57,745 bases of DNA from a virus (Duplodnaviria > Caudoviricetes). The stretch covers positions 1 to 57,745 of the IMG/VR virus record IMGVR_UViG_3300009506_000036; one strand, written 5' to 3'. The notes beneath the pieces were generated by a model. It did not search any database, was not told the DNA's origin, and saw only the letters and a list, made by a program, of their open reading frames with translations. Positions 57,464 to 57,745 of this stretch are shown piece after piece; the stretch's first letter is position 1; each line of letters begins with the position of its first letter. Both the position numbers and the translations under genes were made by a program.

Positions 57464-57745
57464 GGGGACACAGGAGGTCTTCCAACGTAAGGCCCTGCTC
57501 AGAGTCGCGACGAAGGCGTTGCGGATGACTCGACCGTTCATGCCTTCTCGCGCTCTGCGCAGAGACTCCTTCGTCGCTATCGATCGCAATGAGGCGGCGT
57601 ACATCATCGTCCCTTACTATTGGGCGCTCTACGTCCACGAGGGTCGGGGGCCTCTACGCCCCGGTAAGCCACCGCGCTACCTGGTATGGTTTGCCAGCAA
57701 GAAGGACGACCCTCGCACGCGTGGGGGCAAGCGCTACCCTCGGCG
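57453..57745 (+). CDS. HK97 gp10-like neck/tail-completion protein (3'-truncated)
   Basis: Hand translation MLPKGTQEVF...PYYWALYVHEGRGP...LVWF; open to the window end. Confidence 0.6.
   Translation, partial: MLPKGTQEVFQRKALLRVATKALRMTRPFMPSRALRRDSFVAIDRNEAAYIIVPYYWALYVHEGRGPLRPGKPPRYLVWFASKKDDPRTRGGKRYPR

Noticed and set aside
1-57745. Genome-wide TAG reassignment (code 15)
   Set aside because: PolA, TerL, capsid, portal and tape measure are full-length under code 11; TAG behaves as a normal stop

Overview
Most of a tailed dsDNA phage genome (siphovirus-type tail); no host genes, integrase, repressor, tRNA or CRISPR are visible. Minus-strand arm (<1-26.2 kb): small early genes, a RuvC-like resolvase, family-A DNA polymerase, putative SSB, SF2 helicase, Cas4/RecB-like nuclease, primase-helicase, a histone-like protein and a secreted protein. 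A repeat-rich non-coding control region follows (26.2-28.5 kb). Plus-strand block (28.5-34.6 kb): holin-like gene, lipoprotein, TerL and MuF. Minus-strand morphogenesis operon (34.7-55.9 kb): XkdF-like protease/scaffold, lambda D/E-like capsid, neck, tail tube, chaperones, tape measure and a GTA-like tail tip. A divergent PBSX-type portal and a truncated neck gene close the window. The most unusual signal is an apparent 'split-domain tag-and-scaffold' design seen twice. Two putative adhesin/enzyme genes stop just before the terminal motif I would expect. Repeated copies of that motif (ARVTRxxAEVM x5; W[SD]IGAxQ x2) form the N-terminus of the next structural protein, and a third, 22-aa repeat (x9, plus one on another gene) sits on neck proteins. 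Family assignments come from motif recognition by eye, not database searches.
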